In this document: positions 14,664-27,750 of the stretch, piece by piece
Numbering within the stretch: the first letter of the stretch is position 1
How the letters are laid out: each line of letters opens with the position of its first letter
Source of the DNA: Octopus vulgaris
Lineage: Eukaryota
DNA length: 64,000 nucleotides
Direction of reading: 5' to 3'
NCBI GenBank assembly: GCA_951406725.2
Contig: OX597826.1
Coordinates: 54,498,001 to 54,562,000, forward strand
Made by a program: the position numbers and the translations under genes
Notes under the pieces: generated by a model
Told to the model about the DNA's origin: nothing
Database searches by the model: none
What the model saw: only the letters and a program-made list of their open reading frames with translations

Positions 14664-14912
14664 AATTATTCAGTTTTATTTCAAGATTTCCAATGAATGC
14701 TCCTTCATTGGTATTTTAACATCAACAGGGTATTTTCAAATGTATGCATGTATGTATATACGTATACATGCAAATCTGTTTGTTTTCTTTTATGTATGTA
14801 TTCTTATGTATAAAGTTGCATATCTAGACATGCTCATATATACTTAAATGATAAACTTCTGGAAAGTTTTACAGATTTTTACAGTTCCAGTGATGGATTG
14901 GATCTGCCTCTT
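14664..14912 (-). mobile_element. Second, shorter 3' copy of the same RLE LINE
   Basis: Similar to 13924-14300 (taattattcagttttattt...catgctcata...ttacagttccagtgatggat). Confidence 0.8.
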
Positions 14913-14947
14913 CGTCTATAAGTATATATGTATGCATGTATGTACGC

Positions 14948-14980
<33 letters not shown>

Positions 14981-15185
14981 TGTATGTATGTATGTATGTA
15001 TGTATGTATATATGTATGTATGTATGTATGTATGCATGTATAAACACTGAGACATACATACATACATACTGATAGAATACTTACAAACATACACAGAGCC
15101 ATAAACACGTATAGGAATATTCACATACACATTTACTGAGGAACACATTAAACTTAGACATGACACATGTTCACATACACACAAT

Positions 15186-15259
<74 letters not shown>

Positions 15260-15607
15260 GAAGTTGTATGTTCACACACAGTCACATACTGACTAGTTAA
15301 ACACATAAGTGAACTTATACATGCGCATACCCAAAAACACACACGTAGAGGAAGGCATACATATACATACAGATACATACAATACAACTACATGTATAAA
15401 TAAATAAGTAGATGAATAACAATTTCTTGCACCGTAGGCTATTACAAACTACAGACACCCTCCCTTTGTATGTTATTTCACATGCGGTGCATTGGCTATT
15501 GTGCATCTTCTGCAATGTCCTGCACATTTCTTTTGTCTAGTTGCACAGTTTTATGAATATATATGCAGCTAGGTGTTTTCATTGCTGCATGCATAAAGCA
15601 TTGGGAC

Positions 15608-15685
<78 letters not shown>

Positions 15686-15745
15686 ATCTCTCTCTATATA
15701 TATATACACACAAAGATAGATATAGAGAGATAGATATGTATATGT

Positions 15746-15778
<33 letters not shown>

Positions 15779-15836
15779 CATATCTATATGTATATACATA
15801 CATACATATATACATGCATACATCCATATATATATG

Positions 15837-15928
<92 letters not shown>

Positions 15929-16083
15929 TGTATGTATATATCGAGAGACAGAGAGATAGCAATCTCAATACAAAGACTGACCAAGGTAACGTATACCCAC
16001 AGGCACAGGTCATACACACGCACGTGAAGAAAAGCGTACACATATGTATTCCTACTCATACAATTTCATGTATAATTAAATTA

Positions 16084-16115
<32 letters not shown>

Positions 16116-16511
16116 CACACACACACAGAGTACATGTAGAGAGAGATATATATAATAGGCATTTGGAAGTATTTACACATATATGTATATGTATGCATGA
16201 ATGAATGTATGCATGTATGTGTATATATATCTATGTATGTATTTATGTATATGTGTCTGTCTGTTTGTGTGTGTATATGTATATATGTACTATGTTTATG
16301 TGAGTTCACGGATATATGTGTATGTAATTTTGTGTTAGTGTGCGTGAATGGACAGACACGTGGGCTTGGAAATATGTGGATGCATGGAGTGTGTCCCATA
16401 GGTGAAGCAGCAATTAAATAACGCTTTATATTCTAAATCCTGACAGATATATGAGACACCGAATATATCTTTCCATCAATATGTGTGTTTACGCATTAAG
16501 GTATCTGCGTG

Positions 16512-16546
<35 letters not shown>

Positions 16547-16566
16547 CTCTATAGATATGTGTGTGA

Positions 16567-16621
<55 letters not shown>

Positions 16622-16633
16622 CATATACATATA

Positions 16634-16685
<52 letters not shown>

Positions 16686-16733
16686 CATATACATATGTAA
16701 ATATGTATGTATGTATGTATGTATGTGAACATA

Positions 16734-16770
<37 letters not shown>

Positions 16771-17088
16771 GTGTTTGTGTGTGTGTATGGGTGTTATTTT
16801 TGTTCTTTGGTTTTTGTTTTGTTTCTTTCAGCAAACCTGTCAAAGGTCATGCTGTAGCACCAGTTATTTTGTGTGTGTGAGAGAGTGACTGTGCGTGCGC
16901 ACACACGTCTGTCTTTATTTAGGTTTCCATCATTATTGCATTATTTCGAGAATCTTCGATAATATGACCACCCAGTGATGTAACCACCCTAAAGGTATGT
17001 TTTGGGACCGATGGTATTGAAACCATCTTGAACATGATTCGGTAATGAAAGAGCACGCTGACAGGAAACGGCCAACATCTTCGCCATC

Positions 17089-17356
17089 GTGGCCACCACT
17101 GCCGCCGTCGCCGCCATCGCCACCAAAGTCATCAACATCATCATCATCATCATCGTTGTCGTCGTCGTCGTCGTAGTCGTCATCAAAATCGTTGTCTTAT
17201 TTGTCATGAACATCGTCGCCATCATCATCACCGTCGTCGTCGTCGTCATCATCATCATCATCATCCTCATCATCATCACCGTCGTCGTCGTCATCATTAT
17301 CATCATCATCACGATCATCGTTGTCATCATCGTCGTCGTCATCGTCGTCGTCGTCG

Positions 17357-17395
<39 letters not shown>

Positions 17396-17470
17396 CCGTC
17401 GTCGTCGTCATTATCATCATCATCATCACGATCATCGTCGTCATCATCGTCGTCGTCGTCGTCGTTGGCG

Positions 17471-17501
<31 letters not shown>

Positions 17502-17950
17502 TGTTGTCACCCTCGTCGTTATCGTCGTCAACGTTGTCGTCATCATTATCATCCTTTTCATGATCATGACGATGATGATGATGATCATCATCATTATCAT
17601 CATCATCGTCATCATCATCATCACCGTCATCGTAATCGTCATCATCATCGTCACCTTTAGCATCAGCAGCAGCAGCTGAGCAACACCATCACCACCACCA
17701 CCACCACCACCACCACCACCACCACCACCACCACCACCACCACCACCACCACCACCACCACCATCACCACCATTACCACCACCGCCACCACTACCACCTC
17801 TTCAAACACCACAATCACCACTATCACAAACAGCACCACCACAACTACCATTCCATTCATCACTATAAGCAACAATACCTTCATCAGGTCCATCACCATC
17901 ACCATCACCCCATCCTCACCACTACCACCATCACCACCGCCACTACCGTC
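17089..17950. repeat. Compound (ATC/GTC)n then (ACC)n trinucleotide region
   Basis: Direct reading. Confidence 0.9.
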
Positions 17951-18126
17951 CTCTACACCATAGGCAAACTTGGTAACAGGGAAACCTGTACGTAGTCAGC
18001 TGACCTGCTAGAAATAACAACCAAATCTGCCTTGAATAATATATGCGACCGCCTCCAGTAAAAATGGATTATGTGGCTGGACAATGTAATCCTAGATGCA
18101 GAACTCACACACACACACACACACGT

Positions 18127-18159
<33 letters not shown>

Positions 18160-18365
18160 CATACACACACACACACACGCACATTACAAAGGGATTGTCA
18201 CAGCTGGAGCAACCTTTGATCGTAACGTCTGCTGGATCAGAGGCTGTCCTTGAGGTGGTATTGGCGGTGGTGACGCCGGTGACGATCAGCAGCAGCAACA
18301 ACAACAACAACATCACCAGTATAATCAAAACCGTCGCCGCCACCACCACTACCACCACCACCACC

Positions 18366-18397
<32 letters not shown>

Positions 18398-18894
18398 CAA
18401 GAACAACACATAGCAATAGCAAGAGCGATAACAAAACCAGAACAGCAACGATGAAAGACGCCGGCGACAACGGCAGGAACAACATCAATAGCCAGACCTT
18501 AATTCTGTTTCTCTTTGGCAGACTCAGTTGGAACCGCATTGAAAATAGGGAACAATGATTCATCTACAAGAATTCGGTTAATGGTCATCGGTCTGACTGT
18601 CTGCCTGTCTGCCTGTCTGCCTGCCTGCCTGACAGTCTGTCAGTTTGTCTGTCTGTCGGTCAGTTTGTCTGTCATTCTCTCTCTCTGTTTCTCAGTCTCG
18701 ATCTCTCTCTGTCTTTCTATCTATCTGTTTCTCCCCCCTCTCTCTCTCTCTCTCTCTCTGTTCATCTCTCTCTCTCTCTTTGTCCTTCTTTCACAACAAA
18801 TGATTTAGCGTTCTTGGTCAGTTTGATTTGAATCGAGAAGGAATAAAAAAAAAATACATGAATTTTAACCCCGAGTTTTTCATGTACTCAATGC

Positions 18895-18897
18895 CTC

Positions 18898-18928
<31 letters not shown>

Positions 18929-19303
18929 TCGTCATTTATTCTTTTATTCATCCAGTAATTCTGTCTTTCATTCTTTCTTTCTTTCATTCATGCTTTCTTT
19001 CTTTCTCTCATTCATTCATTCATTCATTCATTCTTTCTTTCTTTCTTTCTCTCATTCATTCATTCCCCTATTCTTTCTTTCTTTCATTCATTCATTCATT
19101 TTCATTTTCTTTCATTCATTCTTACTTTCTTTCATTCATTCATTAATTCTTTCTTTTTTCTTTCTTTCTCTCATTCATTCATTCATTCATTCATTCATTT
19201 ATTCTTTCATTCAGTCAGTCAATTTCTCTTCCATTCTTTCTTTCTTTCTTTCCTTCCTTTCTTTCTTCCTTCCTCCCTTTCTTCCTTCCTTTCTTTCTTT
19301 CTT

Positions 19304-19337
<34 letters not shown>

Positions 19338-19348
19338 CTTCTTTCTTC

Positions 19349-19393
<45 letters not shown>

Positions 19394-19460
19394 TTCCTTC
19401 CTTTCATTCTTTCTCTCCCTCTCTCTCCCTCTCGCCCTCCTCCCTCCCTCCCTCCCTCTC
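18895..19460. repeat. (TTTC)n/(TTCA)n/(TCCC)n polypyrimidine tract
   Basis: Direct reading. Confidence 0.9.
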
Positions 19461-19938
19461 CTGCCCATATGTTACCCATTTCCTTCACGTATCACTCTCT
19501 TAACAGGCAGTTTATTGCTTGCGTTTCTTTTCAAAGCGTCCATATTTAAGTCTCATGGAAATTACCTGAATAACTAAATTGCTGGCAGAAACACTTCCCA
19601 CCGGGTGGTTTTCTACCGGTTTCGGAGGAAATGATCATTATATTATCTCATTATTTCCATCCCCCTTTCTCTCTCTATCTCACTCTCTCTCTCTCTCACA
19701 CACACATACACACTCAGACACACAAACACACATACACACACGATCGTATAAAATTACACTGCGCTATCTCATATCTCTTTTCCTTCTGTAAGACGCTTAT
19801 ATGTAATTTGAGGGTAATTTGGCTACCATTTTTGACAGGGTCATAGTGGTTTGTGTCAGAGTAGCTATGAGCTACTTAAGGCGAGTGTGATAAATGGTGG
19901 CAATGTATATGTGCGTGTGTGTTTGTAAGTATCTCTGT

Positions 19939-20348
19939 TACTCTTTTACTCTTTTACTTGTTTCAGTCATTTGACTGTAGCCATGCTGGAGCACCGCTTT
20001 TAGTTGAGAAAATCGACCCCAGGACTTATTCTTTATAAGCCTAGTACTTATTCTATCGTTCTATTTTGCCGAACAGCTAGGTTACGGGGACATAAACACA
20101 CCAGCATCGGTTGTCAAGCGATGTTGGGAGACAAACACAGACACACAAACATACACACAGACACACATATATATATACATATATACGACGGGCTTCTTTC
20201 AGTTTCTTTCTACAAAATCCACTCACAAGGCTTTAGTCGGTCTGAGGCTGTAGTAGAAGACACTTGCCCAAGGTGTCATGCAGTGGGACTGAACCCGGAA
20301 CCTGTGGTTCGTAAGCAAGCTACTTACCACACAACCACTCCTACGCCT
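19939..20348 (-). mobile_element. SINE family 1, full length
   Basis: Reverse complement of the 25515-25915 copy, including the (GTAAAAGA)n tail. Confidence 0.92.
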
Positions 20349-20367
20349 ATGTTTATATATACTCAAA

Positions 20368-20564
20368 GAGTGCGGCCATGCTGAGGCACCGTCTTGAATT
20401 CTTAGTCGAGTGAATCGATCGCTGTGTACTTAATTTTATTTAAGCCGGATACTTATTCTATTGATCTCTATTGCCGAACCGGTAAGTTACGAGGACGCAA
20501 ACAAACCAACACCTGTTGTCAAGCGGTGGTACGGATGGGGGACAAACAGAAGCAGAGATACACG

Positions 20565-20595
<31 letters not shown>

Positions 20596-20759
20596 ATATG
20601 TACGATAGGCTTCTTTCTGTTTCCGTCTATCCAATTCATCTACAAGGCTTTGGTCCGCCCAAGGTTATTGTAGAAGACACTTGCCTAAGGTGCCACGCGG
20701 TGGGATTGAACCTGGAACTACGTGTTTGCGAAACAAGCTTTTTACCACACAACCACGAC
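20368..20759 (-). mobile_element. SINE family 1, older copy
   Basis: gcggccatgctg...gccgaaccggtaagttac...gaagacacttgcctaaggtgccacgcggtgggattgaacc. Confidence 0.85.
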
Positions 20760-20792
20760 ACACACACACACATACACACGCGCGTACATATA

Positions 20793-21079
20793 TATTCTTT
20801 TCTTTTAATGGTTTAAGTAGTAGAACTGCGGCCAAACTGGAGCACCTCCTTAATCTATTTTCTTTGAGATTTGTTGTAGCAGCTGGCACTCCTCACTCTA
20901 TCCCTGAAGGGTTGTTTTAGTTATCAAATTGTGGCCATGCTGGGGCACCGCTTTCAAGAATTCTTAGTCGAATACGTCTACCACAGTAGTAGACTTTTCT
21001 CTTAAATCTCGTGCTTATTCTTTCAACCACTTTTGTCGAACCGCAAACACACCAACATTGGTAGTCAAGCTGTGCTGGG

Positions 21080-21081
<2 letters not shown>
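20793..21081 (-). mobile_element. Two SINE family 1 3' fragments
   Basis: ctgcggccaaactggagcacc at ~20826 and gtggccatgctggggcaccg at ~20931. Confidence 0.7.
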
Positions 21082-21130
<49 letters not shown>

Positions 21131-21605
21131 AATAGATGCATATGGATATACACACACGCACACAAATATATACATACACATACACAAACACACAAATACA
21201 CGCACGCACACACGCACACAGGTATATACATATAGACACATACACGCACATAGATACAAACACAAATATATACATACATACACACATACAAACATGCACA
21301 CACATGCACAAAAATGTGTACATACATACACATGCACATACACACACACAAATACAAACACAAACACGCACACACAAATATATACATACATACACACATA
21401 CACAAATACAAACACACACATCTAATAACTTAGTGCATATGCACTGCAGAGTTCAAGGCCAATCTTAGTCAAGCGTCTTCAATCTGGTACTTTAGCTCCA
21501 TTGCTATAGCAATAGTCCGGATACTTATTGATCAGATCTCGTATCTAATTTTACTGTGAGCGTGCACAGGCATATAAAATATATATAAGCATGCAAACAT
21601 ATACA

Positions 21606-21819
21606 TAGTTAAGTTACGTTAATTTTTTGGCTCAAAAAGCAAAAAGCAAGGTCACGTAGGGGGACATGGAGTTATGTACAGGGAGGGTATTCATGCAAAG
21701 AGTTCAAGCCATTTCTGGTCAAGAGAGACTTCGAATCGAGCGGGCGTCGGCATCTTCACTATCTCGTCCGGCAGCTTATTCCACGGATCCGCAACCCGGA
21801 CGGAAAAAGCCCCTCTCCT
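21606..21819 (-). mobile_element. CR1-type LINE 3' end
   Basis: Minus strand reads [42 protein letters not shown], followed by a short UTR and a (TAAC)-like tail. Confidence 0.85.
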
Positions 21820-21859
21820 TACACACTTATTCATATACGCAACCATACATAGATATATT

Positions 21860-21948
<89 letters not shown>

Positions 21949-22012
21949 ATATATATTTGTATATATATATATGTATTTGTGTATACATATATATATATAT
22001 ATACATATTTGT

Positions 22013-22080
<68 letters not shown>

Positions 22081-22851
22081 ATATGTATATATGAGTATGT
22101 ATAAATGTATGTGTGTGTTTATGTGTGTGCGTGTGTGTGTGTGTGTGCGCGCGCGCGTCTGTGTCTATGCACGCGCTACATCTTGGATTTTTCGTTTTGC
22201 ACAACAGGAAGATCGTATCACAGCTCGGACTAAGCCAACATTCACAGTATCGGAGATCCGGAAGATTGTAGATAACGTAATCCACACACAACTCACACGA
22301 ACCGACGCACATTCAAAACACGCTTATATATCCACACATATACGTATATGTATATATATATATATTAACGTATAAAAGTATGTATAGATATATGCATATA
22401 TATATATATATATATATATATGAGTATGTGTGTGTGTATGTGCGAATATGTAGGTATGTATGTATATGGAATCAGAAGGAGAGGTTGAGAGAAGAGCGGG
22501 ACAGAGAATCATACATTCAAAGCCTAAAACATGCTTGATTGAGCTGTCGGTTGGAATTATCCAAAGGTGTTCTCTATAGATCCCGTGATCAGCATTTTTC
22601 GTAGCGGATTTATCCATTTATGTATGGACTTCTTGATTTGTATCCGTTGATACTTTGGCGTTATTTATTTATTTAGTAACTTTACTTATTATTTATTAAT
22701 TTTTACTTCTTAATATATTCTATTCCTTTCAAACACGAACACGCACGCGCGTACGCACACGCGCATACACAGACACAGACAGACACTCATGCGCAGAAAT
22801 ATATACATGTATACACACATACATGCATACATACATACATACATACATACA

Positions 22852-22897
<46 letters not shown>

Positions 22898-23149
22898 CAT
22901 GTATCTATCTATCTATCTATATATATATATATTATATATGTACATATATATATATATACAAACGCACATATATATACGTACACATACATACATACATATT
23001 TTTTTTTTTCTGAAAGATAGATAGGTAGATGGATTTAGATATAGACACAGGAATATATGTATACATATACATACGTATAGATAGAGAACACTGTGTTTGA
23101 TAAAAAGAAGGATAGAAACTCACTTGTAGTTATAGATAGTGGATTAAGG

Positions 23150-23372
23150 AGGGTGTTGGTTTATAAAAATACAAACACGAGGAAAAAATGTATTGAATAC
23201 GAAGTGTAAACGTGAAATGATATATAATTTCAGCGTGGAAGGGCGTTTATAAGCCACTTAGAAACACACAAAAACCCGTTAGATTCACTTCAGCGTTTAA
23301 ATTTAATTTGCGTCAAAATATTTTCGTCGCTTTGAAACCGCGACCTGTTGACTGACAAAACTTCGTGCTGAT
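23150..23372 (-). mobile_element. Probable Penelope-like terminal fragment with a hammerhead-shaped fold
   Basis: Reverse complement of 23312-23356 is gtca-gtcaacag-gtcgc(loop)gcgac-gaaa-atat-tt-tgac. Confidence 0.4.
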
Positions 23373-23479
23373 TATAATTTAACAGAAGCAAACTCTTTAT
23401 TAATATCAGGCTGAGTTTTCAATTTTCGGCTGGTCAGAGAAGTTGTAATTTAAAATTGGCCATATAGTGTTTCACATTT

Positions 23480-23675
23480 AGATTCAAGGCCAGCGATGTT
23501 AAGTAGAGGGAGTGAGTCGATCTCATCGACCTCTGCACTTGGTTTATATTTCATCTAATTGACCCCGAAAGGGTGAAAAGCAAAGTTGACTTCGACGGGA
23601 TTTGAACTCATAACAGAAAAGACCAGAATTAATACTGGCGTTTATGTGTTCCGACGCTCTAACGACCTTGCCAAC
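23480..23675 (-). mobile_element. SINE family 2 (type B), degenerate
   Basis: gaccccgaaagggtgaaaagcaaagttgacttcgacgggatttgaactca. Confidence 0.75.
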
Positions 23676-23924
23676 TAATCACTATATAAATAGTGGACGA
23701 TATAAATGTTGGTTAGCTGGTTCCATTTCGATACCAACCCACATGAAGCTGCCTTTGATTCTACGATACAAACACCCTATTTTAAAATGAACATAACTGA
23801 AAATTTTCATCAAAATTTCACTTCTGTTCCAAAACACCAGCTTAATAACGACCAAGTTATTCTAATAAACTCTTCCTTATTTTAAAAAGTAATTGAAGTA
23901 GCGGTAGTGTATTTCAAAAGAAAA

Positions 23925-24159
23925 ATTCTTTTATTCTTTTACTTGTTTCAGTCATTTGACTGCGGCCATGCTGAAGCACCGCCTCGAAAGGTTTTAATCG
24001 AAGAAATCAACCCTAGGACTTATTCTTTGTAAACCTAGTACTTATTCTATGTGCCTCTTTTGCCCGAACCGCTAAGTGAAGTGGACATAAGCGCACCAGC
24101 ATCGGTTGTCAAGCGATGGCAGGAGAACAAACACAGACACACATAAATATCCATCCATC

Positions 24160-24198
<39 letters not shown>

Positions 24199-24593
24199 GT
24201 ATATATATATATATATACGTAATAACAAAGGGTAAAATTAATTAATTACGAAGTAATCAGTAATTTCACCCAGCAGAATTCGGCATGAAAAAGACCATTT
24301 CATGGTAAGCTTAAGTACTACTTTATAAATAGGATTCAGCAACGATTTGCTTCACCACATACCGAAGTTTAGAAATAGCAGTCAAAAAGTCTTAGCTATT
24401 CCTTCTACTTTAAAAAGGGGCTCCCAGAAAAACCAAAGTACTTGGAAATAATCCACGCAGGCAAAAGGGAAAAATAACGAAAATATTTCTATATTAGGTT
24501 TTAAAGTAGAAGGAATTGCTAAGATTTTTTTTACTGCTATCTCTAAACTTCGGTATGCCGCGAAGCAAATCGTTGCTGAACCCTATTTATAAA

Positions 24594-24637
<44 letters not shown>

Positions 24638-24770
24638 TCGGGCTTCTTTCAGTTTCATCCTACCAAATCTACCCAGAAGGCTCTGGTTGACCGGAGGCGC
24701 CAGGCAATGGGACTGAACGCGGAACCATGTGTTTGGGAAGCAAGCGTCTTACCACACAGCCACGCCTGCA
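23925..24770 (-). mobile_element. SINE family 1 split by an insertion in its internal microsatellite
   Basis: The 3' half lies at 23925-24150 and the 5' half at 24637-24770. Foreign sequence 24217-24596 sits between (TA)n tracts. Confidence 0.8.
24319..24596. repeat. ~97 bp inverted repeat pair (MITE-like, or Penelope-type 5' inversion)
   Basis: tactttataaataggattcagcaacgatttgcttc...ccttctactttaaaa (24319-24415) and its reverse complement at 24499-24596. Confidence 0.85.
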
Positions 24771-24825
24771 ACTGTGGTAACAAAATAGTTAAAATAAGGA
24801 AGTTAGTTGATTCTATCGACGCCAG

Positions 24826-25210
24826 GGGTTGGCTGTCTTTTTTCTTTTTAAACGACCACGAAGGGGTGAAAAGCAATGTTGACCGCTGCATGAGTTGAAC
24901 GCAGACCGTAAAAACGCGAAAGGAATATTTCAATTCTTTCCTGTCTTTTTCCAACGCCCCTAACAATTGTGCTAACCCACCAATCTTTGTTTCTAGGACA
25001 AGAACAGCTATTTTGAGGAGAGGGAATTAGTCTGTGCCATTGATAACTGTACTTGATTAGGACGTTATTTGATGAACCACGGCGGGATGAAAGCCAAAGC
25101 TGACCTGGAAACGTCAAGACTTGAATTTAAAAAAACAATTTAAAGCCAGAAGATATACAGCAGGGAATTCTGCGCGATATTTTAACGATTCAGCTAATCT
25201 ATTGCCTTAA
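24826..25210 (-). mobile_element. Two old SINE family 2 copies
   Basis: gaaggggtgaaaagcaatgttgacc..gagttgaac and gggatgaaagccaaagctgacc..ttgaattt. Confidence 0.55.
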
Positions 25211-25514
25211 TTAGATCATATATTAATATACATATTGTTTGGGTGTCCCTTAGAAAGTAATAAAATATGCGAGGAGAAATACGTTATTTGATTGATTCTT
25301 GAAAATCAATAAAATTAGTCTTAGTGGAAAAAAAAAAACCCAATGTAAATGGCGGGGTTGAAAAATATGGAAGGAAAAGAAGAAAAGGAAAAGACAACGG
25401 AGTAGGAAAAATAGGGAAAGAGAGAGAAAACGACGTTAATAGGAAAGCGACTATTGAAAAAGAAAACATTATAATTAACAAAAAATTAAAAATTAAATAT
25501 TACGTATACATTAT

Positions 25515-25915
25515 AGGCGCAGGAGTGGCTGTGTGGTAAGTAGCTTGCTTACGAACCACATGGTTCCGGGTTCAGTCCCACTGCGCGGCATCTTGGGCAA
25601 GTGTCTTCTGCTATAGCCCCGGGCCAACCAATGTCTTGTGAGTGGATTTGGTAGACAGAAACTGAAAGAAGCCTGTCGTATATATGTGTGTGTATGTTTG
25701 TGTGTCTGTGTTTGTCCCCCTAGCATTGCTTGACAACCGATGCTGGTGTGTTTACGTCCCCGTCACTTAGCGGTTCGGCAAAAGAGACCGATAGAATAAG
25801 TACTGGGCTTACAAAGAATAAGTCCCGGGGTCGATTTGCTCGACTAAAGGCGGTGCTCCAGCATGGCCGCAGTCAAATGACTGAAACAAGTAAAAGAGTA
25901 AAAGAGTAAAGAGTA
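25515..25915 (+). mobile_element. SINE family 1, full-length reference copy
   Basis: A-box-like tggctgtgtggt, B-box-like ggttcagtccc, CORE-like cttgggcaagtgtctt, internal TA/TG tract, and tail ggcggtgctccagcatggccgcagtcaaatgactgaaacaa(gtaaaaga)n. Confidence 0.95.
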
Positions 25916-25959
25916 TAGGAATAGGCTTGTCTGTATGGTTCAGAAACTTGTTTACAATC

Positions 25960-26330
25960 ACAAGGCCTCCATGTATGGATGAGAGATGTATGGTATGTAA
26001 GACAAACCCACAGGTAAACTGCAGAAAGCGAACAACAACATACACTGGTGAGACAACATGTAGCATAAGTGAGCGAATAGGTGATTATTGGTGGGAGCTC
26101 AAAGAGGAGAAAAGCTAATCAGTGCTCTCTACCAAGCTCGATTAGAACATGGAATCGCGGTTAATAACATGTGTGTTAAGATATTATCAATATATAGGAC
26201 AAACACGACACCCAGACATATTACAGACGCCGCATACATAGTAATTGGCAGATCGATTCTCAACAGAAGGCATGAATAGAGTAATAACACCTTTCTACTT
26301 CATACTACACAACCTGACGACTAAAGAGAC
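25960..26330 (+). mobile_element. Penelope-like element, GIY-YIG endonuclease remnant
   Basis: CMDERCMVCK..NCRKR..TYTGETTCSISERI...VKILS...DAAYI...LNRRHE*, with CTGACGA at ~26314 in the UTR. Confidence 0.7.
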
Positions 26331-26717
26331 AAAAAAAGACGCAGAAACACACAGCATAATACATAAACCCATATACACACGCACAAGACACACATACACA
26401 TGCTAGAGAAAAACTTAGAAAAATAAGTAAATAGGAGTATAATAAATAGATAAAATTCAAATAAAAGACTCAGGTAGAAACAGTGAAGTAAGCAAACCCA
26501 TATACGCGCACACAAAACACATATACTATACATAGGCACGCGCACATACGTACGCACACACTCATAGATACAAACATAAACGCATGCGCATATAAGGATA
26601 CACACCACAGAAAGACAGAATGAAGTAAACAGAACAGGAGGAGACACATGGAATAGAGAGTGGTTGAAGAGGTGTCATAGGACGTGTGATGAAAGATTTC
26701 AGACAAAGATCGGTAAG

Positions 26718-26824
<107 letters not shown>

Positions 26825-26855
26825 AATAATAATAATAATAATAATAAGGATGATG

Positions 26856-26918
<63 letters not shown>

Positions 26919-27242
26919 CTGAACTGAAGACCAATTATATAGTGCGTGTGTTTAATTGGCAAAATTATGACCATATCTAAATTAAACAATATTTGTTTCA
27001 ATACACGATTTCATAACAAGAATTTTGCAAAGCAAATACATAAACGTAACGTTATTTTGTCTTTGAATCTATTTTCTGAGAAAACTATGTCACAGTGCTA
27101 AGTATATTTTCATTATGTTATACAAAGTTAATGATTTTGGTCGAATCATGTTCTGTAGTGCAAATACAGGTCCATGTACTATAATATTTCATTAACTTTT
27201 TCTTATTATAAAAGATTGATAATAAATAAAATAAATGCGCCC

Positions 27243-27511
27243 TTTTAAAGCCTAGCCAAGATCATGGGTCCGGTTTCCCGGTTTCTATGGTGCATGCGTT
27301 CCCTAGTTGGAAGGGAGGCCAGTCCATCGCAGCGTTACTCATTTTTGCCAACTGAGTGGACTGGAGCAACGTGAAATGAAGTGTTTTGCTCAAGAACACA
27401 ATGCGTCGCCCGGTCCAGGAATCGAAAACACAATGCGTCGCCCGGTCCAGGAATCGAAACCACAATCTTACGATCATGATGCTGTCACCCTAACCACTAA
27501 GCCACGCGCCT
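27243..27511 (-). mobile_element. SINE family 3 (tRNA head, CORE/V-like body)
   Basis: Reverse complement ggcgcgtggcttagtggttagg..ggtttcgattcc..tgtgttcttgagcaaaacactt..ctgcgatggactggc, with a 32-bp tandem duplication at 27395-27458. Confidence 0.9.
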
Positions 27512-27561
27512 CTACATAAAAGATAGATACTGACAAATATCTAATTTTAAGGTGATATCAT

Positions 27562-27750
27562 TACGGAAGATCTCCAGAGGCTCGACACCATCATGGAGAA
27601 TACTGGGGTTGGGAGGTGGAGGTTTCACGGGACCGCCAGCGATGGGGAGCACTGGTAGACCTGGTAGGGTCTACGCAAGATAACACTTCTGGGACCACCA
27701 ACCTGGGATGACCCCAACTTCACCAAGCAAGAGCATGAAGTGTAAAGCGA
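27562..27750 (+). mobile_element. RTE-like LINE C-terminal remnant
   Basis: DLQRL...WGWEVEVSRDRQRWGALVD resembles the W...A.DR..WR motif. Confidence 0.4.

Noticed and set aside
22208-22320. Acceptor followed by open frame [23 protein letters not shown]
   Set aside because: There is no convincing donor or homology.
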